Origin: the human T2T-CHM13v2.0 reference genome, Homo sapiens | Strand: one strand, 5' to 3' | Assembly: GCF_009914755.1 (NCBI RefSeq) | Contig: NC_060926.1 | DNA: 64,000 bases | Part shown: piece by piece, positions 13,748 through 34,200 of the stretch | How positions within the stretch are numbered: position 1 is the stretch's first letter | Layout of the letters: every line of letters begins with the position of its first letter | Made by a program: the position numbers and the translations under genes | Notes under the pieces: model-generated | What the model saw: the letters and a program-made list of their open reading frames with translations, nothing else | What the model was told of the DNA's origin: nothing | Database searches by the model: none

Positions 13748-15734
13748 TAACGAAGAAATCATCAATGGCAAGAAACTAGTAGCTGTGACATCTCAGCAGG
13801 ATAGATAAAACACCAGGAACAAAGAAGAAATCGGAGGCAGCTGCAGTTTGCCATGGAGCTGGTGAGCCCAAGATGGAAAGGATGTAAGGAAAGAACAGCG
13901 AAGCATGAGAAATATTAAGACACGAAGCACACAATTCAAGCGGAGACTAGATAGGTGTGTCTTAACTTCCCCAAACATATTACCTTTGAGGCAAAAAGGG
14001 AACAAAGTCATTATCTTTTAACCCACATCCTGGGGATTGTAGAAGTTTTTCTACTGGAAGACCAACATAGCTGTGCATTACAGAAGCATGCTTTAATTTG
14101 GGTGGGAACTCTGGTTTCAAGCCACTTTCCAGCTAGACTGGCTTTTCATTTCTGTTTTTTAAATTTTTTCTTGTCTTGAGATTTTAATTGTATCTTTTGA
14201 AAAGGGGAATAGTCAAATCTGCTGCACAAGACTTCTTTTCTATATTCAGTGAGACAGAAATGTTTTATAAACTTCAGTTCTACACAAATGTCAATCATCT
14301 ACACTAACACAATCATTAATTTCTCATTAGGAAATAAACCAACAAGACAGAGTTTCTCCTTCAAAGGAGCTCAAGTCCAGAGACCTTGAACTAACACGAG
14401 TACTGATTCCTGGTGGATGGACTGGAGAAGCAAGTTTACCTAAATTATGTTTTCATCTTACTTCAATGTAGCCTCCACAGCATCCAAATAGTAAATTAAC
14501 TACAATGAGTATTTCTAAAATGATTTGCTAACAGTAATGGTGAATCGAATATTTTTTTTTTTGTCTTAGGAATATTCTCAAGAGATTTAGAAGAAATGAC
14601 TCCTGGGGGCCAAGCATTGTACAGATTGAAAGTGGTTCCACTTTTTTTTTTTTTTTTTTTAAGTTCAAGGACCCTTAACATCTGTGCCAACCTGGGAAAC
14701 AGATAAAGAATTATCAGTGCTTTGGTTAACCCAGTAAAGACTCGACTACAAAACAAAACAGAAAATTACTATCTATTCTTATTCTCATTTTATAAAGGCA
14801 AGATCATTTTAACGCCCTTTCTTCAAAGTTGGAAGGACACAATCACTTTTTTTATTTTTATTTTTGTAATAGCATCAAGAAAAACATACTTAAAATCCTT
14901 CTGGTGTCCTAGAAAAGTCAAACATTGCCAAGCTGGTAGTGTCTGCATACCTGCATTTGAAAACAATTTCAAATTGTTTTCAATTTGAATGGTTCTGGGT
15001 ACATTGGTCTTCTAAGACATCTCCCAAACCTAATTATTTCTTGCCTTCTTCTCTCCTATAAGTAGCTACACCATCTTCAGGAGCACTGAGGACAGATGAG
15101 ACTCTAAAATTTATATTCTCAGAAGCTTGTAACCCTTGTTATGGTACTTCCTGGAATAACTGATTTCTCACTGTACTGGGCATTTGACAGCCACACTTTT
15201 CCCCCTGCATGTCTTTCATCATATAGAAAGAAAACCACTCAGGATAATGGAATAAAGTACCACATTAGGATCTATAAGCATATGTGTATTTATTCATAAC
15301 AATCCTGAAAATAATTTAAGGCATTTAAATCAATTGCACATGTATTCACCATATAATTTAATTAGCAATTATGGAAGGCACCATAAGAGCTCCTATTACA
15401 CTGTTTGTTTCTATTAGAAATAATTACAAATGAAAAAATACTTGCAGCATTAGGAATGGTATTCTCTTTGTGACTGTAAGAGGGCAATTTGTTTAAAAGC
15501 TTCACTGATGTCATATATGCAATAGCTATTTGTCATTTCAGCAAAATGCAGTAGGTATATCTCTGTTAAAGGAAACACTGTCACTGTAGCACTTCACATT
15601 ATTTAAATATACATAATGAAGCCAACAGAGTTAGGCACTCACTATCTACTTAAATGGTCTGATTTTTAAAATCAAATGGAATTTTGGGGAAAAGGAAGGG
15701 AAATATTAACCTCGATTTTTATATTTACCATAAT

Positions 15735-15910
15735 AATATTTACCACCATTTATTATATACCTGTTTGTTCCTGGGTAGGGTACTAGATTTAACATATTTG
15801 ATGTCTCCAGTCCTTATGAATAACTCTAATTCTTACAAGTAATCTCCATGTTACTCATGAGAAAAGTAAAACTCAGCCAGTACTTTATGTAAATTGTACA
15901 GGGTCAAGTT
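15735..15910 (-). mobile_element. MIR fragment
   Basis: accatttatt...ctccatgttactcatgagaaaa..actcag..cagggtca. Confidence 0.5.
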
Positions 15911-16443
15911 ACATGCATCAGAATGTAAAGTTGTATAAAAATGTCCATATTATTTCCAGAATAGCACATTTTCATCACTAAGGTATAGTGCTTTAGTGTA
16001 AATAATCGGCGAAAAATCCACTGTGACGTGCTTTTGGATTTCCTTTTAAGAAGAGCCAAAAGAGGCTAAATTATACACTGCTAGGTGCAGAAGATCCCAT
16101 GAACAGTCATAGAAATTCAGACCTATTCATTGTTTCTAAATTTCATTGCAAATATTTTTGACTACCTTAGTGAAAGCAAACAAAAAATGAATTCCTTTCT
16201 CAACAATTTTCCTAAGAAAAATGAAAGACCTTTTTTTCTTCTTCTACAGAGATCAAACATAATCAAAAGACCTTCTGAGCACTTAAAATATAAGATCAAA
16301 GGGAGAACCTCATTCATGCAAACTAAAACTCAACTTGAATGAGACAGTCAGCATATGACCTTAGTTACTTCCTCGTTCCTCTTTCAAATATTTTTGATGA
16401 GTTCTCAAAAGCATAGCAGGCTCACCTCCCAACCCATTTCTTT

Positions 16444-16721
16444 TCTTTCTTTTCTTTTCTTTTTCTTTTTGAGATGGAGTCTTGCTCTGTCACCCACGCT
16501 GGAGTGTAGTGGCCGGGTTCAAGCGATTCTCCTGCCTCAGCCTCCAGAGGAGCTGGGATTACAGGTGCACACCACCACACCCAGCTAATTTTTGTATTTT
16601 TAGTAGAGATGGGGTTTCACCATGTTGGCCAGGCTGGTCTCGAACTCTTGACCTCAGGTGATCTGCCTGCCTCGGCCTCCCAAAATGCTAGGATTACAAG
16701 TGTGAGCCACTGCGCCCAGCC
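16444..16721 (-). mobile_element. AluSx with about 30 bp internal deletion in the right arm
   Basis: gacctcaggtgatc diagnostic; 'gtagtggc|cgggttcaag' lacks the gcgatctcggctcactgcaacctccgcctc segment; 17-bp TSD TCCCAACCCATTTCTTT at 16427-16443 and 16722-16738. Confidence 0.93.
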
Positions 16722-16829
16722 TCCCAACCCATTTCTTTGGAGAAAGAACAAATTCATCTGGTAAACACAACTGGCAAGTTTTTTTTTTTTTTTTTAGTTG
16801 GTGTTTCAATACCTTTAAAAGTACTCCAC

Positions 16830-17254
16830 TTTTTTTTCATAATTTTAACTTTTACTTTAAATTCAAGGAGTACCTGTGCAGGTTTGTTACCTTTTATCTG
16901 GGTATATTGCATGATGCTGGGGTTTGGGATATTAATATTCCTGTCACCCAGATAGTAGGCATAGTTTCCAACAGTTTTTCAACCCTTTCTCTACTCCCTT
17001 CTTCCCCACTCTATTAGTGCCCAGTTGCCATCTCTATGTTCATGAGTATCCAATATTTAGCAATGTTCTATTGTGGCCATCTTTATGTTTATGAGTATCC
17101 AGTGTTTGGCTCCCACTTGTAAGTAAGAACATGTGGTATTTGGTTTTCTGTTCCTGTGTTAATTTGCTTGGGATAATGGTCTTCAGTTGCATCCATGTTG
17201 CTGCAAAGAACATGATTTCATTCTTTTTTGTGATTGTGTAGTATTCCATGGAGT
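16830..17254 (-). mobile_element. L1PA16-like 3' end, 5'-truncated
   Basis: 3' UTR 'gggtatattgcatgatgctg.ggtttggg'; ORF 17040-17249 is the ORF2 C-terminus (MEYY..IMFFAATWMQL). Confidence 0.85.
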
Positions 17255-17544
17255 ACAGTCAACTCAAATTGTTAATTAATAGAAAATTACATCTCTAAAA
17301 GAATTCTAAGAGTGATTGCTTTATTCAGAGCTTGCTTATTTCTATGACTCTGAAACCATTCTGTATGTTGTTGGAAAGGGGTACATATCTGATACATTTC
17401 ATTGTGAATATATGTTCCTCAGGAACAGGACTTTACCTGGGACTTTATCGTTGTAAGAAAGATACTATCTGAATGGATCAGTATTTTTTCTCAATTGGTA
17501 TAAACTAAGTAAAAAGTATCTGGAAGTTTTGTTGTTTGGATCTA

Positions 17545-17640
17545 GGGAACCACAATGCACATTAGTATTATAAAGGCTCTGAGACGTTCTGCAATAAAGA
17601 AACATGTTTAAATTAGTTTAACTGAGCAATTATGGTTTGA
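17545..17640. mobile_element. hAT/Charlie-type MITE relic
   Basis: 'aaaggctctgaga.gt.ctgca.taaagaaac.tgtttaa' is a recurrent MER DNA-transposon motif; family not certain. Confidence 0.4.
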
Positions 17641-17689
17641 GAGTATTGCACTGTTTTCCAGCACTTCTGTTAACATCCTGTAGAACAAT

Positions 17690-22427
<4,738 letters not shown>

Positions 22428-23082
22428 AAAAGTGTTCTTTAAAATACGGATGTGGGAAAATTTATACTAGAAGATTGTAAGAATGAATTGTGTGCTTCTT
22501 ACTAATAAACTCCGAAAAAATAAGTATCTTAAAATTATGACTGCCAAGTTTCTATCTCAAACCCTTTCACTGAATTTTATTTTAATTAGGTACATGTGGA
22601 TTCGAGTAAGCAAAAAGAAAGGGAGAAAGAAAATATTGTATACTTTCATGCAAGACATTACTAAACCTGCAAACTATAAGGATTTTATGGCAGTATGGGT
22701 TACCATGTTGACTGTAAGTGGCTTAGAATCCTATCGAGAGACTAGAAATATGTGAAAACATAATCAGAATCACAGTTATGGTACAATGGTCATAAGGCAG
22801 TACACGGTTAATTTCTAAATGAGGGAGTAGAGCAAATACATGCTGTAGGAGCTGGAGTCACAAAGGGAGGACACTCAAAAGACTAAAAAAAATTAAAAAT
22901 AAGAAAATAAAATAATCTCAGACTGAAGTGTTTGGAACCTCTAGAAAAACAGAGGGCTTTGAACTGAATTGGCCCCTCCCTTTCAAATATAACTGCTCCT
23001 GTATAAGATCAAAACGCTTGGAAAATTGTTGGAAAACTCTGCACATTTGTAAGGCACAGTGCAGTATTCTACAGATAACATG

Positions 23083-23447
23083 TGCTATGGACTGAATTGG
23101 TTCCCCCCAAAGTTTACATGTTGAAGCTATGAATTTGCTATATGAATTTGGAGACAGAGCTTTTACAGGATAATTAAGGTTAAAGGAGGTCATGAGTGTG
23201 GGTCTTATTCGACAGGATAGAAAGCTTTATAAGAGGAGGAGGAGAGATCTCTCTCTCCACTTGATGGCACAGAGGAAAAGCCATGTGGGACCTGGAGGGT
23301 AGGGGCTGACTGCAAGCCCAGGCAAGAATCCCCACCAGGAACCAAACTGGCCCCAGTACCTTGGCCTTGGACTTCCCTATAAATTTCTATTGTTGAAGCC
23401 ACCCATTTTGTGGTATTTTGTTATGGCAGCCTGAGCTGACTAAGACA
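23083..23447 (+). mobile_element. MLT1A-family MaLR solo LTR
   Basis: tgctatggactgaat...ttgttatggcagcctgagctgactaagaca. Confidence 0.88.
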
Positions 23448-24425
23448 GAAATTACCCTAAAAGGAGAGGCAGCCTCTTCCCTGTCAGAGTTTATTTTCTG
23501 CCAGAAACAGAAAACACTGGCAAGACCCATGTCAAGAAGGGAAATGTTCCAAACACATGTGTTGTATATGAGTGGGAGAAGAGAAAGATAAAATACACAC
23601 ATATAGCCCACTTTATTTTCGTTTGATATACCAAGTTTATTTGATTATAAGATATTATAATCCTTTAATTCCATAAGTACAAAATAAGCATGTTGTGTGA
23701 GAGACATAAAGAAAGGAAAATATTCTTTAAGTAGGAATAAGACCCTACAGAGAATGTATGGCAGTTTGGAGGGTAGGGCTAGTGTAGGGGGAGAATTGAT
23801 GATATAATCTTTTGATTTAAATAAGAGAGAGCAATTAAAATGAACAGAAGCCACAGCACCTAAATGCAGAACTGCATTTACATAGAAATAAGAACATTTC
23901 ATGTTCAAGAAATGTCAGTTTTCTATAAATATAGAGGTTCAGTCATTACCACCAGAATTATTCATCATACTATGATTCAAAACAAGATGAATATACTGGG
24001 CCAATATTCGGACTCCAATCCCAAATGAGGCCTTTAATGCATTTTTCAAAATGTCTTTGTCCATTCAAAAATAGAAGTTTGCTGAGTATCAGATAAGGTC
24101 AGGAAAAAAATGCACTAATTTCTTTCCAGGTTCAAGTGAGTAAGGATTAGTTACTAAAAACATTTGGGGCATTTAACTGACTTGCATAAATTCTCATTTT
24201 TAATATTAATTTATTATAATAAATCTAAAATTTGGTAATGGAAGAATATTAGTATCTGAGTTCTCATTCTAATTTTCTGATTCCCATCCAAGCTTCAACC
24301 TTTTCTCTTTTTTCTTTCTATAATCTACCTGTCTATGTCATATTCATTCTTCAAGTCCAAATTGAGACTCTCAGTTCATCCACAGAAGTATTTTTTTATG
24401 ATTTGCTTTTAGGAATTTTTAGGGG

Positions 24426-24427
<2 letters not shown>

Positions 24428-24462
<35 letters not shown>
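24428..24462 (+). repeat. (TG)17 microsatellite
   Basis: Direct reading. Confidence 0.97.
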
Positions 24463-24463
<1 letters not shown>

Positions 24464-24686
24464 CAAATACCCATGTGCATTCTTATATCTTGCTCAGAGT
24501 TTAGTGTACACTTTAAAATATAAATCTCATTCCCAATCTTCACTTTCAGGATTTTTTGTTCTATTATTTCTTTCATTATTTCTTTACTATCATTGCCTGT
24601 ATTCTCTCAGAGCTCCAATTAGACATATTATATTCATCTTGAATATATGATACTGGTTTCTAAATTTTTCTCTTGTATGTTTCATC

Positions 24687-25148
24687 TTTTTTTTTATACT
24701 TGAAGTTCTAGGGTACATGTGTACAACATGCAGGCTTGTTACATATGTATACATGTGTCATGTTGGTGTGCTGCACCCATTAACTCGTCATTTACATTAG
24801 GTATATCTCCTAATGCTATCCCTTCACCCTCCCCCCACCCCACAACAGGCCCCGGTGTGTGATGTTCCCCTTCCTGTGTCCAAGTGTTCTCATTGTTCAA
24901 TTCCCACCTATGAGTGAGAACATGCAGTATTTGGTTTTCTGTCCTTGCAACAGTTTGCCAAGAATGATGGTTTCCAGCTCCATCCATGTCCCTACAAAGG
25001 ACATGAACTCATTTTTTTTATGGCTGCATAGTATTCCATGGTGTATATGTGCCACATTTTCTTAATCCAGTCTATCATTGCTGGACATTTGGGTTGGTTC
25101 CAAGTCTTTGCTATTGTGAATAGTGCTGCAATAAACATACGTGTGCAT
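24687..25148 (-). mobile_element. L1PA5-like 3' end (about 460 bp)
   Basis: poly-T, aagttctaggg, atttacattagg, acaggccccggtgtg, gtccaagtg diagnostics. Confidence 0.9.
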
Positions 25149-25863
25149 CCTATCTCCGTTTGATTCCACTGTTGCTACCAGGTCACAAATTTTTTCTTCA
25201 ATGGTGATAATTCTAGTAAGTTAGTTCAGTTATAAATATGTATTTCCTTTTCAAACACATCTTATTTTCTATTATTTTGTCATAGCATGCTAAGTTTATA
25301 TTATGTATAAATTACCTTCTCTGATCTCACTGAGACTCAATAGGATTGTTTCGAAAATCTTCTTCTGGCATCTCAATTATTTTTCTTCTAGGACCAGTCT
25401 TTCTGTTTGTTCTCTTTAAATCACGGCTTTGGCTTTACTCAAATGAGTGGTGGTTCTTGGTGGTGTTTGTTCGTATTGACACTTGTACTGGGTTAACGAA
25501 GTCAAGTGGCATGGTGTTTTTCTGAATTTCTTCTACTCTTTTCTTCCATAGATTTCTACCCTGAATGGAAAGGCTTAAATAGGTTCTGGGTGTGTAGTCA
25601 GGTTATTTCAACCAACATGCTGTTCTTTAGGTGCATGTCATAGAGTTTCCTCAGGTTTAGATCTACCTATTGCCAAAGAAGAAGAGATTTATTCTGGTAG
25701 TAGAGAAATTTAGTGTGTTTCTCTCACCAATAGAGCTGTCTCTTTCTCATAAGAATTGGACTTATCCCTCAGATTGAGTCTGAGCCTTCCCCTTGTAGTC
25801 AACATATTTTCTTCACTTTTTGGATTTTAGCCTGGGGAAAAGTGTTTTTGTCCCCACTGCTCA

Positions 25864-25903
25864 GTGTGTGTGTGTGTGTGTGAGTGTGCATGTGTGTGTG
25901 TGT
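25864..25903 (+). repeat. Interrupted (TG)n microsatellite
   Basis: Direct reading. Confidence 0.9.
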
Positions 25904-28900
25904 AGAGGTCAAATAGCACTATTACTTTAAATAGAGTTCTTTAATATTAAATAGTTCTGATGGATTGCTCCAGGGGCACTTTTAATTTTTTTTATGTTTT
26001 GTTTCATGTATTTACTTTGAGCTTGGAATTTCTCTGCGTCTGTGATTATCTCCATGATAATTTTCACTTGCTCTTGCTTTATGCTGTGATTTACTCAGTT
26101 TCATCAAGTCTGATCCATCTGCTTTTTATGTCAGGACTCTCTTAAATATCTTCAATTTTCTTGTTTTCCATCTGTTATGGACCCTGTCTTCATCTCAATC
26201 TGATATGATAATGTATATTCTTACAATTTATTTTACTTACTTTATTGACTGGACAAATATAACTGAGAAAATGATACTTCTTTTTGTCCACTAAAATGTT
26301 AATATTGAGGTATATGTGAAAAATAGCAAAAAGGAGGTAACTTTTTAATCTTTTTATGCAGAATTCAATGTTGGCCATATCTTAAAGCTACATGGAACCT
26401 CAGGTTGTTCATTACTGGTGTAAGATGATTACACTCCCAGGGGTATTTGCATTTTAATAGGGAACTCCTGTAGCACAAAAGCCTTAAGACCAAACGAAAT
26501 TAATCTCTAAAAGTGAAATTTGAGATATTATGACAAAACTCTTGGGGCAAAAGAGAAAGAGGATCTTTCAAATGGCAGGATCTCTCTCTACTTTCAAATT
26601 ACATCATGCCTATCGTAAGACAATCTTTAGTAGGGAAAAGCAGGAAATCTTAGGACCCCCACATTTCCCATAGGAAGTAAAATTTATTTTCAAATAGTCA
26701 AAAATATTAAAGGGCTGTCAAAAACACATCAAATTATTTACATATTTTGAAAAATATACACCATGGCTCTTTTAATTTTTATATAGTATATCACTGTATG
26801 AAATGCTACTTTGAACTATTACCTAGTCCATATAATGTCCTTTCTTCTAAAACCCACCAAAGAGTTTATTAAGATGATTTATATTAAGTGTACAATATTA
26901 AATGACACCATGCAATATGAAATGACATTCACACCCATGTAAATCAATACAGTGCCTGCTGTGACTTCAGGTATTTTGGAATAATTAATAATAATTAATT
27001 TCTCTGAGTTGGGCAAACTTCCAAAATTCCAAATGCCCATAAATGAGACTGAGCCCATGATTCTAAAACATGATTAAAACTAGACTTCTCCATTAAGACA
27101 CAGTGGATCAGATAAATGACATGTTCTCTTACAGACTCTACGTTACTCAATTCTTTTTCTTTTCTCTTTGATTAAACCATATACAAGATTAATACACCTT
27201 AGGTTTCCTTTCCTCCTTATTTTCTTGTCCATTTTACTCCTGAACCTGGCAAGTAAGTAGAAATGGTGAATAACACTCTCAAAGCCTAGCACTTATTGTG
27301 ATTATAGAAGATAAGTTCCTTAGTTTCTATTTTGATTGAAGAGATAAAATAAGAGAAAACATCAAGATGGAAAACAGCAAGAAAAAGAGATAAATACGAT
27401 TTCTGTATCTGTTCAGATAAACCTAAAATAGAATTTTGACCACAACACAACTAGAACAATTGGTAGTGATAATGTAGACATGTTATTTTGCAAAATGGTA
27501 CCCATTTTTCCTTTTATTTAAGCAACATAAATAATTGTCTTTACTTAAAAATCCAGTTAAGAACTGGAGAAAGATGCTTTTTTCCCCCTCATTGTGAAAC
27601 AAATATAGACTGGAGTATATAAATATCTCTCTCATTAGATACAAGGAAAACATATTAAAAGTTGTATATCCTCAAGAACTTATAAAGACAAACATTTCTG
27701 GTCATCTTAGGCAATCTGTTGTCTGGACTCTGTGAGTCTTGATCATATCACTTTCATATTTATATTGATTAAGCCACAGCAATTACTGATTTTACTCCAT
27801 CAAGTAGCCATTTTCTTAGAAAAGTCTCCTCTCCATGAATAAATGAAACATTTTTACCATGAAACAATTAAATATGAGACTTGGGGACTATTATTTTTAG
27901 CTTAGAAGAATTGTCTATCTGGCTTTTTGAACTTTAAGAAGCATTATCACAGGCTGCTGTGGAAATAGCAGATGTCACAGATAAGAAGAAACTCTTTAAG
28001 TCAGGTGTCACAGAAAGAGCAGGTGTGCCCTCCAGGAAAAAAATTTTGTTTTCATGCAGTTATCTTTTTTAATGAAAATAAATGAAGGAGAAAAACTCAC
28101 AAGAGCATATCAACATCAGCATCTTCTTTTTCCATCTCCCAAACATTTTCCCCTGAAACTAAAGCAGCTCTTTAACCTCTTCAATTCTTGAATCATCTAC
28201 TAAGTAAGCACTCATCACGATAAGTACTGAAATCTGAAAAGAATCTTACTGATTGAGTTTCAAAAGCAGCCATTCAACCTCATAAGAGTAACTTCTTTTT
28301 AATTAAGAACAGAACAGTAGGTAGATTACAAGAAGATGGTAGAACAGATAAAAGAAGGCATTATAAATGCAAAGAGAATCTTAGATAATAGATGTGAGAA
28401 GGCATTCTAAATATACTGCCCTCAAATGCATTTTATGTTATAATTTAAGAGATCAGATGGGGAGAAAATCAGAACATTATAGTCCAGAATAACAAATTAA
28501 GATACTTAGATCAGAGAAGAGGCTGAAGTATTTCATAATTGTACTCTTACTCCATTTACAGAGAAAAGAACAATGGGAAAATTGCAGTGGTTTGGAGAAA
28601 AGTGTAAAAACAGTAGATTCCTTGGAAACCAGTTGGCTAATACTGAGAAATTTAAGTGTCATAACCCAATGAGTCTAATTTGTGAGTGGTGTGAGTTGTA
28701 AAGTGTTGAGGATTAAACTCTTCATTTGTTCTGCGCATGTTAAATAACCTCACCTTTCCTCATTTCTTCTCCCATCAAGAATTCTTTCTCTCTTTCTACA
28801 ACACTTACTTATATTCTATCATTCTTCATCTTCTACCTCATCTCTTAATACTCATCCTTCTTTTTTCAGTCAATGGTGTCAAAAGAAAAGAGAGGGACAA

Positions 28901-29237
28901 TTAAAAGGAGTCAGTGTGTCACCCACTGGATGCTTCCAGTAGGTATTTTAAATAAACAAAATACACTTCAGGTTGGACCTGAAGAGTAGCATATATGTTT
29001 TTAAAAATATAAACCTGTAAGTTTTAGATTCTTAAGGATTATGGAAGTTAGAAAAAAAGAAAGGATGTCTAGAGTGATTAGGAAACACCAATGGAAGACG
29101 ATGGACTTAAACTTTGTTTTGAAAAGTAGGGAAGACAAGTGGGAAGCGGAGGGACAGGAGGGCAAATCAAGGAAGTAGAAGATCAAAGGCATAATGATAG
29201 GAGTACCAGGTATTCTTAGAAGGAAGCCTAGGCTGAA

Positions 29238-29440
29238 CTTTCAAAAATGTAAATCAGATCATGACCCTCCTCTGCTTAAAAACCTTAAATGATTTTTCAT
29301 TGTAAATAGAATAGAATACAAATTACTTCTATGACCCTCAAGATCCTATATGATCTAGTTGATGTAGGTCCTACCCACTGCTGAGATATCATCTCCTACT
29401 ATTTTCTTGCTTGTTCATTCCAATGCAGTCATTAGCCTTT
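29238..29440 (+). mobile_element. L2a fragment (5' part; continues at 37079)
   Basis: aaatcagatcatg..cctc.tctgcttaaaaacctt.aatg.. Confidence 0.8.
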
Positions 29441-29444
29441 TTAT

Positions 29445-31242
<1,798 letters not shown>

Positions 31243-34200
31243 AACTGAGCTTCATAAGTGAAATAGAAATAAGATCCTTTTTAGACAAGCAAATGCTGAA
31301 AGAAATTGTTACTGCAAGAATTGCCTTACAAGAGCTCCTGAAAGGTATAGTGAACATGGGAAGGAAAGACCATAACCAACCAATATACAAACACACTTAG
31401 GTACACAGACCAGTGACACTATAAAGCAACCATACAAACAAGTCTGCCTAATAACCAGTTAACATCATAATGGCAGAATCAAATCCACACATATCAATAC
31501 TAACCTTTAATGTAAACAAGCTAAATGTCTCCCAGTGAAAAGGAACAGTGTGGCAAGCTGGATAAAGAAGCAATACGCAATGATATGCCATCTTTAAGAT
31601 ACCCATCTCACATGCAACGACATCCCCAGGCTGAAATTAAAGGAATGGAAAAAAATCTACTAAGCAAATAGAAATCAGAAAAAAGCAGGAGTTGCAATCC
31701 TAATTACAGACAAAACAGACTTTAAACCAACAAAGATTTAAAAAGACAAACAAGGCATTACATAATGGTAAAGGGTTCAATTCAACAAGAAGAGCTAACT
31801 ATCCTAAATATATATGTACTCAATACAGAAACACTCAGATTCTTAAAGCAAGTTCATAGAGACCTATGAAGAGATTTAGACTACTATAAAATAATAGTGG
31901 GAAGTTTCAACACTCCACTGACAGTATTAGACAGATTCTTGAGGTAAAAAATTAACAGGTATTCAGGACCTGAACTCAACACTTGACAAAATGGACCTAA
32001 TAAACATCTGCAGAACCCTCCATCCCAAAACAACAGAATATACATTCTTCTCATCACCACATGGCACATACTCTAAAATATACCACACAATTGGACGTAA
32101 AACAATTCTCAGCTAATTCAAAAACAAAAACAAAAAAACACAAAATCATACCAACCACACTCTTGGACCAGAACAGAATAATAATAGAATTCAATACAAA
32201 GAAATTTTCTCAAAGCCACATATTTACATATAATTCAAACAACCTGTTCTGGAATGACTTTTGGGCAAATAATGAAATTAAGGAGAAAATAAAGAAGTTC
32301 TTTGAAACTAATTAGAATGAAGTTACCAAATACCAGAATCTCTGGGACACAGCTAAGGCAGTGTTAAGAGGGAAATTTATAGCACTAAATGCCCACATCC
32401 CAAAGTTAGAATGATCTCAAATTAACAACCTAACATAACAACTAGAAAAACCAGATAACCAAGGGCAAACCAACCTCAGAGCTAGCAGAAGACAAGAAGT
32501 AACCAAAATCAGAGCTAAACTGAAGAAGATTGAGACATGAAAAACCATTCAAAAGATCAATGAATCCAGGAGTTTTTCTTTGAAAAATCGAGTAAGATAG
32601 ACCACTAGTTAGACTAATAAAGACAAGAGAGAAGATCCAAACAAACACAATTAGAAATGACAAAGGGGACATTACCACAGAAATACAAATAATAAAGACT
32701 ACTATGGCTACTTCAGTATAAGGACTACTATGGATACCTAGTTTGTGTGGATATGCACACAAACTAGACAAACTAGAATAAATAAATTCCTGGAAATATG
32801 CACCTTCCCAAGACTGAATCAGGAAGAAATTGAATCCCTGAACAGACCAATAATAAGTTCTGAAATTGAGGCAGTAATAAATAGCCTACCAACAAGAAAA
32901 GGTACAGGAACAGAAGGATTCATAGCCAAATTCAACCACATGTACAATAAAGAGCTGGTACCATTCCTTCTGAAACTGTTCCACAAAATTGAAGAGGAGA
33001 AATTTCTTCCCAACTCATTCTGAGGCCAGCATTATCCTAATATCAAAACCCGCCACAGACACAACAAAAAAATAAGACTTCAGGCCAATATCCTTGATGA
33101 ACATGAACGCAAAGATACTCAACAAAACACTAGCAAACTGCATCCAACAGCACATCAAAAAGCTAATCCACCGTGATTAAATAGGCCTTATCTCTGAGAT
33201 GCAAGGCAGGTTCAACACATGCAAATCAATAAATGTGATTCATCACATAAACAGAATTAAAGACAAAAACCACCTGATTACCTCAATATATGCAGAAATA
33301 GCTTTTGATAAAATACAACATTCTTTCATGTTAAAAACCCTCAATAAACTAGTTATTGAAGGAACATATTTCAAAATAAGAAGAGCCATTTATGAGAAAC
33401 ACACAGCCAGAATTATACTGAATAGACAAAAGCTGGAAGCATTCCCCTTGAAAACCAGCCCAAGACAAGGATGCCCTTTCTCACCACTACTACTCAATAT
33501 AGTATTGGAAGTTCTAGTCAGAGTGATCAGGCAAGAGAAAGAAATAAAGGGCATCCAAATAGGAAGAGAAGAAGTCTAACTATCCATGTTTGCCTATGAC
33601 ATGATCCAGTATCTCAAAAACCGCATAGTCTCACCTGAAAAGCTCCTTCAGCTAATATCTTCAGCAAAGTTTCAGGATACAAAATCAATATAAAAAATTA
33701 GTAGAATTTCTATAAACTGACAACATCCAAGCTGAGAGCCAAATCAGGAATGTGATCCCATTCACAACTGCCACAAGAAGAATAAAATACCTAGGCATAC
33801 AGCTAACCAGGGAAGTCAAAGATCTTTACCACAAGAATGACAAAACACTGCTCAAGGAAATCAGAGATGGCACAAATGAATGGAAAGACATTCCATGTTG
33901 ATGGATAGGAAGAATATTGTTAAAATGGCCATATCACTCCAAGCAATTTACAGATTCAATGCTACTGCTATCAAACTACCAATGACATTCTTCCCAGAAC
34001 TGCAAATATCTATTTTAAAATTCATATGAAACCAAAAAGAGCCTAAATAGCCACGTTAATCCTAACCAAAAAGAACAAAGATGGAAGTATCACATTACCC
34101 GACTTAAAACTATACTACCGGGACACAGTAACCAAAACAACATGGTACTGGTACAAAAACAGATACATAGACCAATGGAACAGAAATGACAGACCAGAAA

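Larger units (their letters stand above)
24490..26160 (-). mobile_element. HAL1/old L1-like relic, interrupted by L1PA5
   Basis: T-rich; 'gctttactcaaatgagtggtggttcttggtggtgtttgttcgtatt' resembles the HAL1 antisense motif. Confidence 0.5.

Noticed and set aside
13795-13870. Possible coding exon (CAG|GATAGAT...CTG|GTGAGC; IDKTPGTKKKSEAAAVCHGA)
   Set aside because: The acceptor has no polypyrimidine tract and the peptide is not recognisable.
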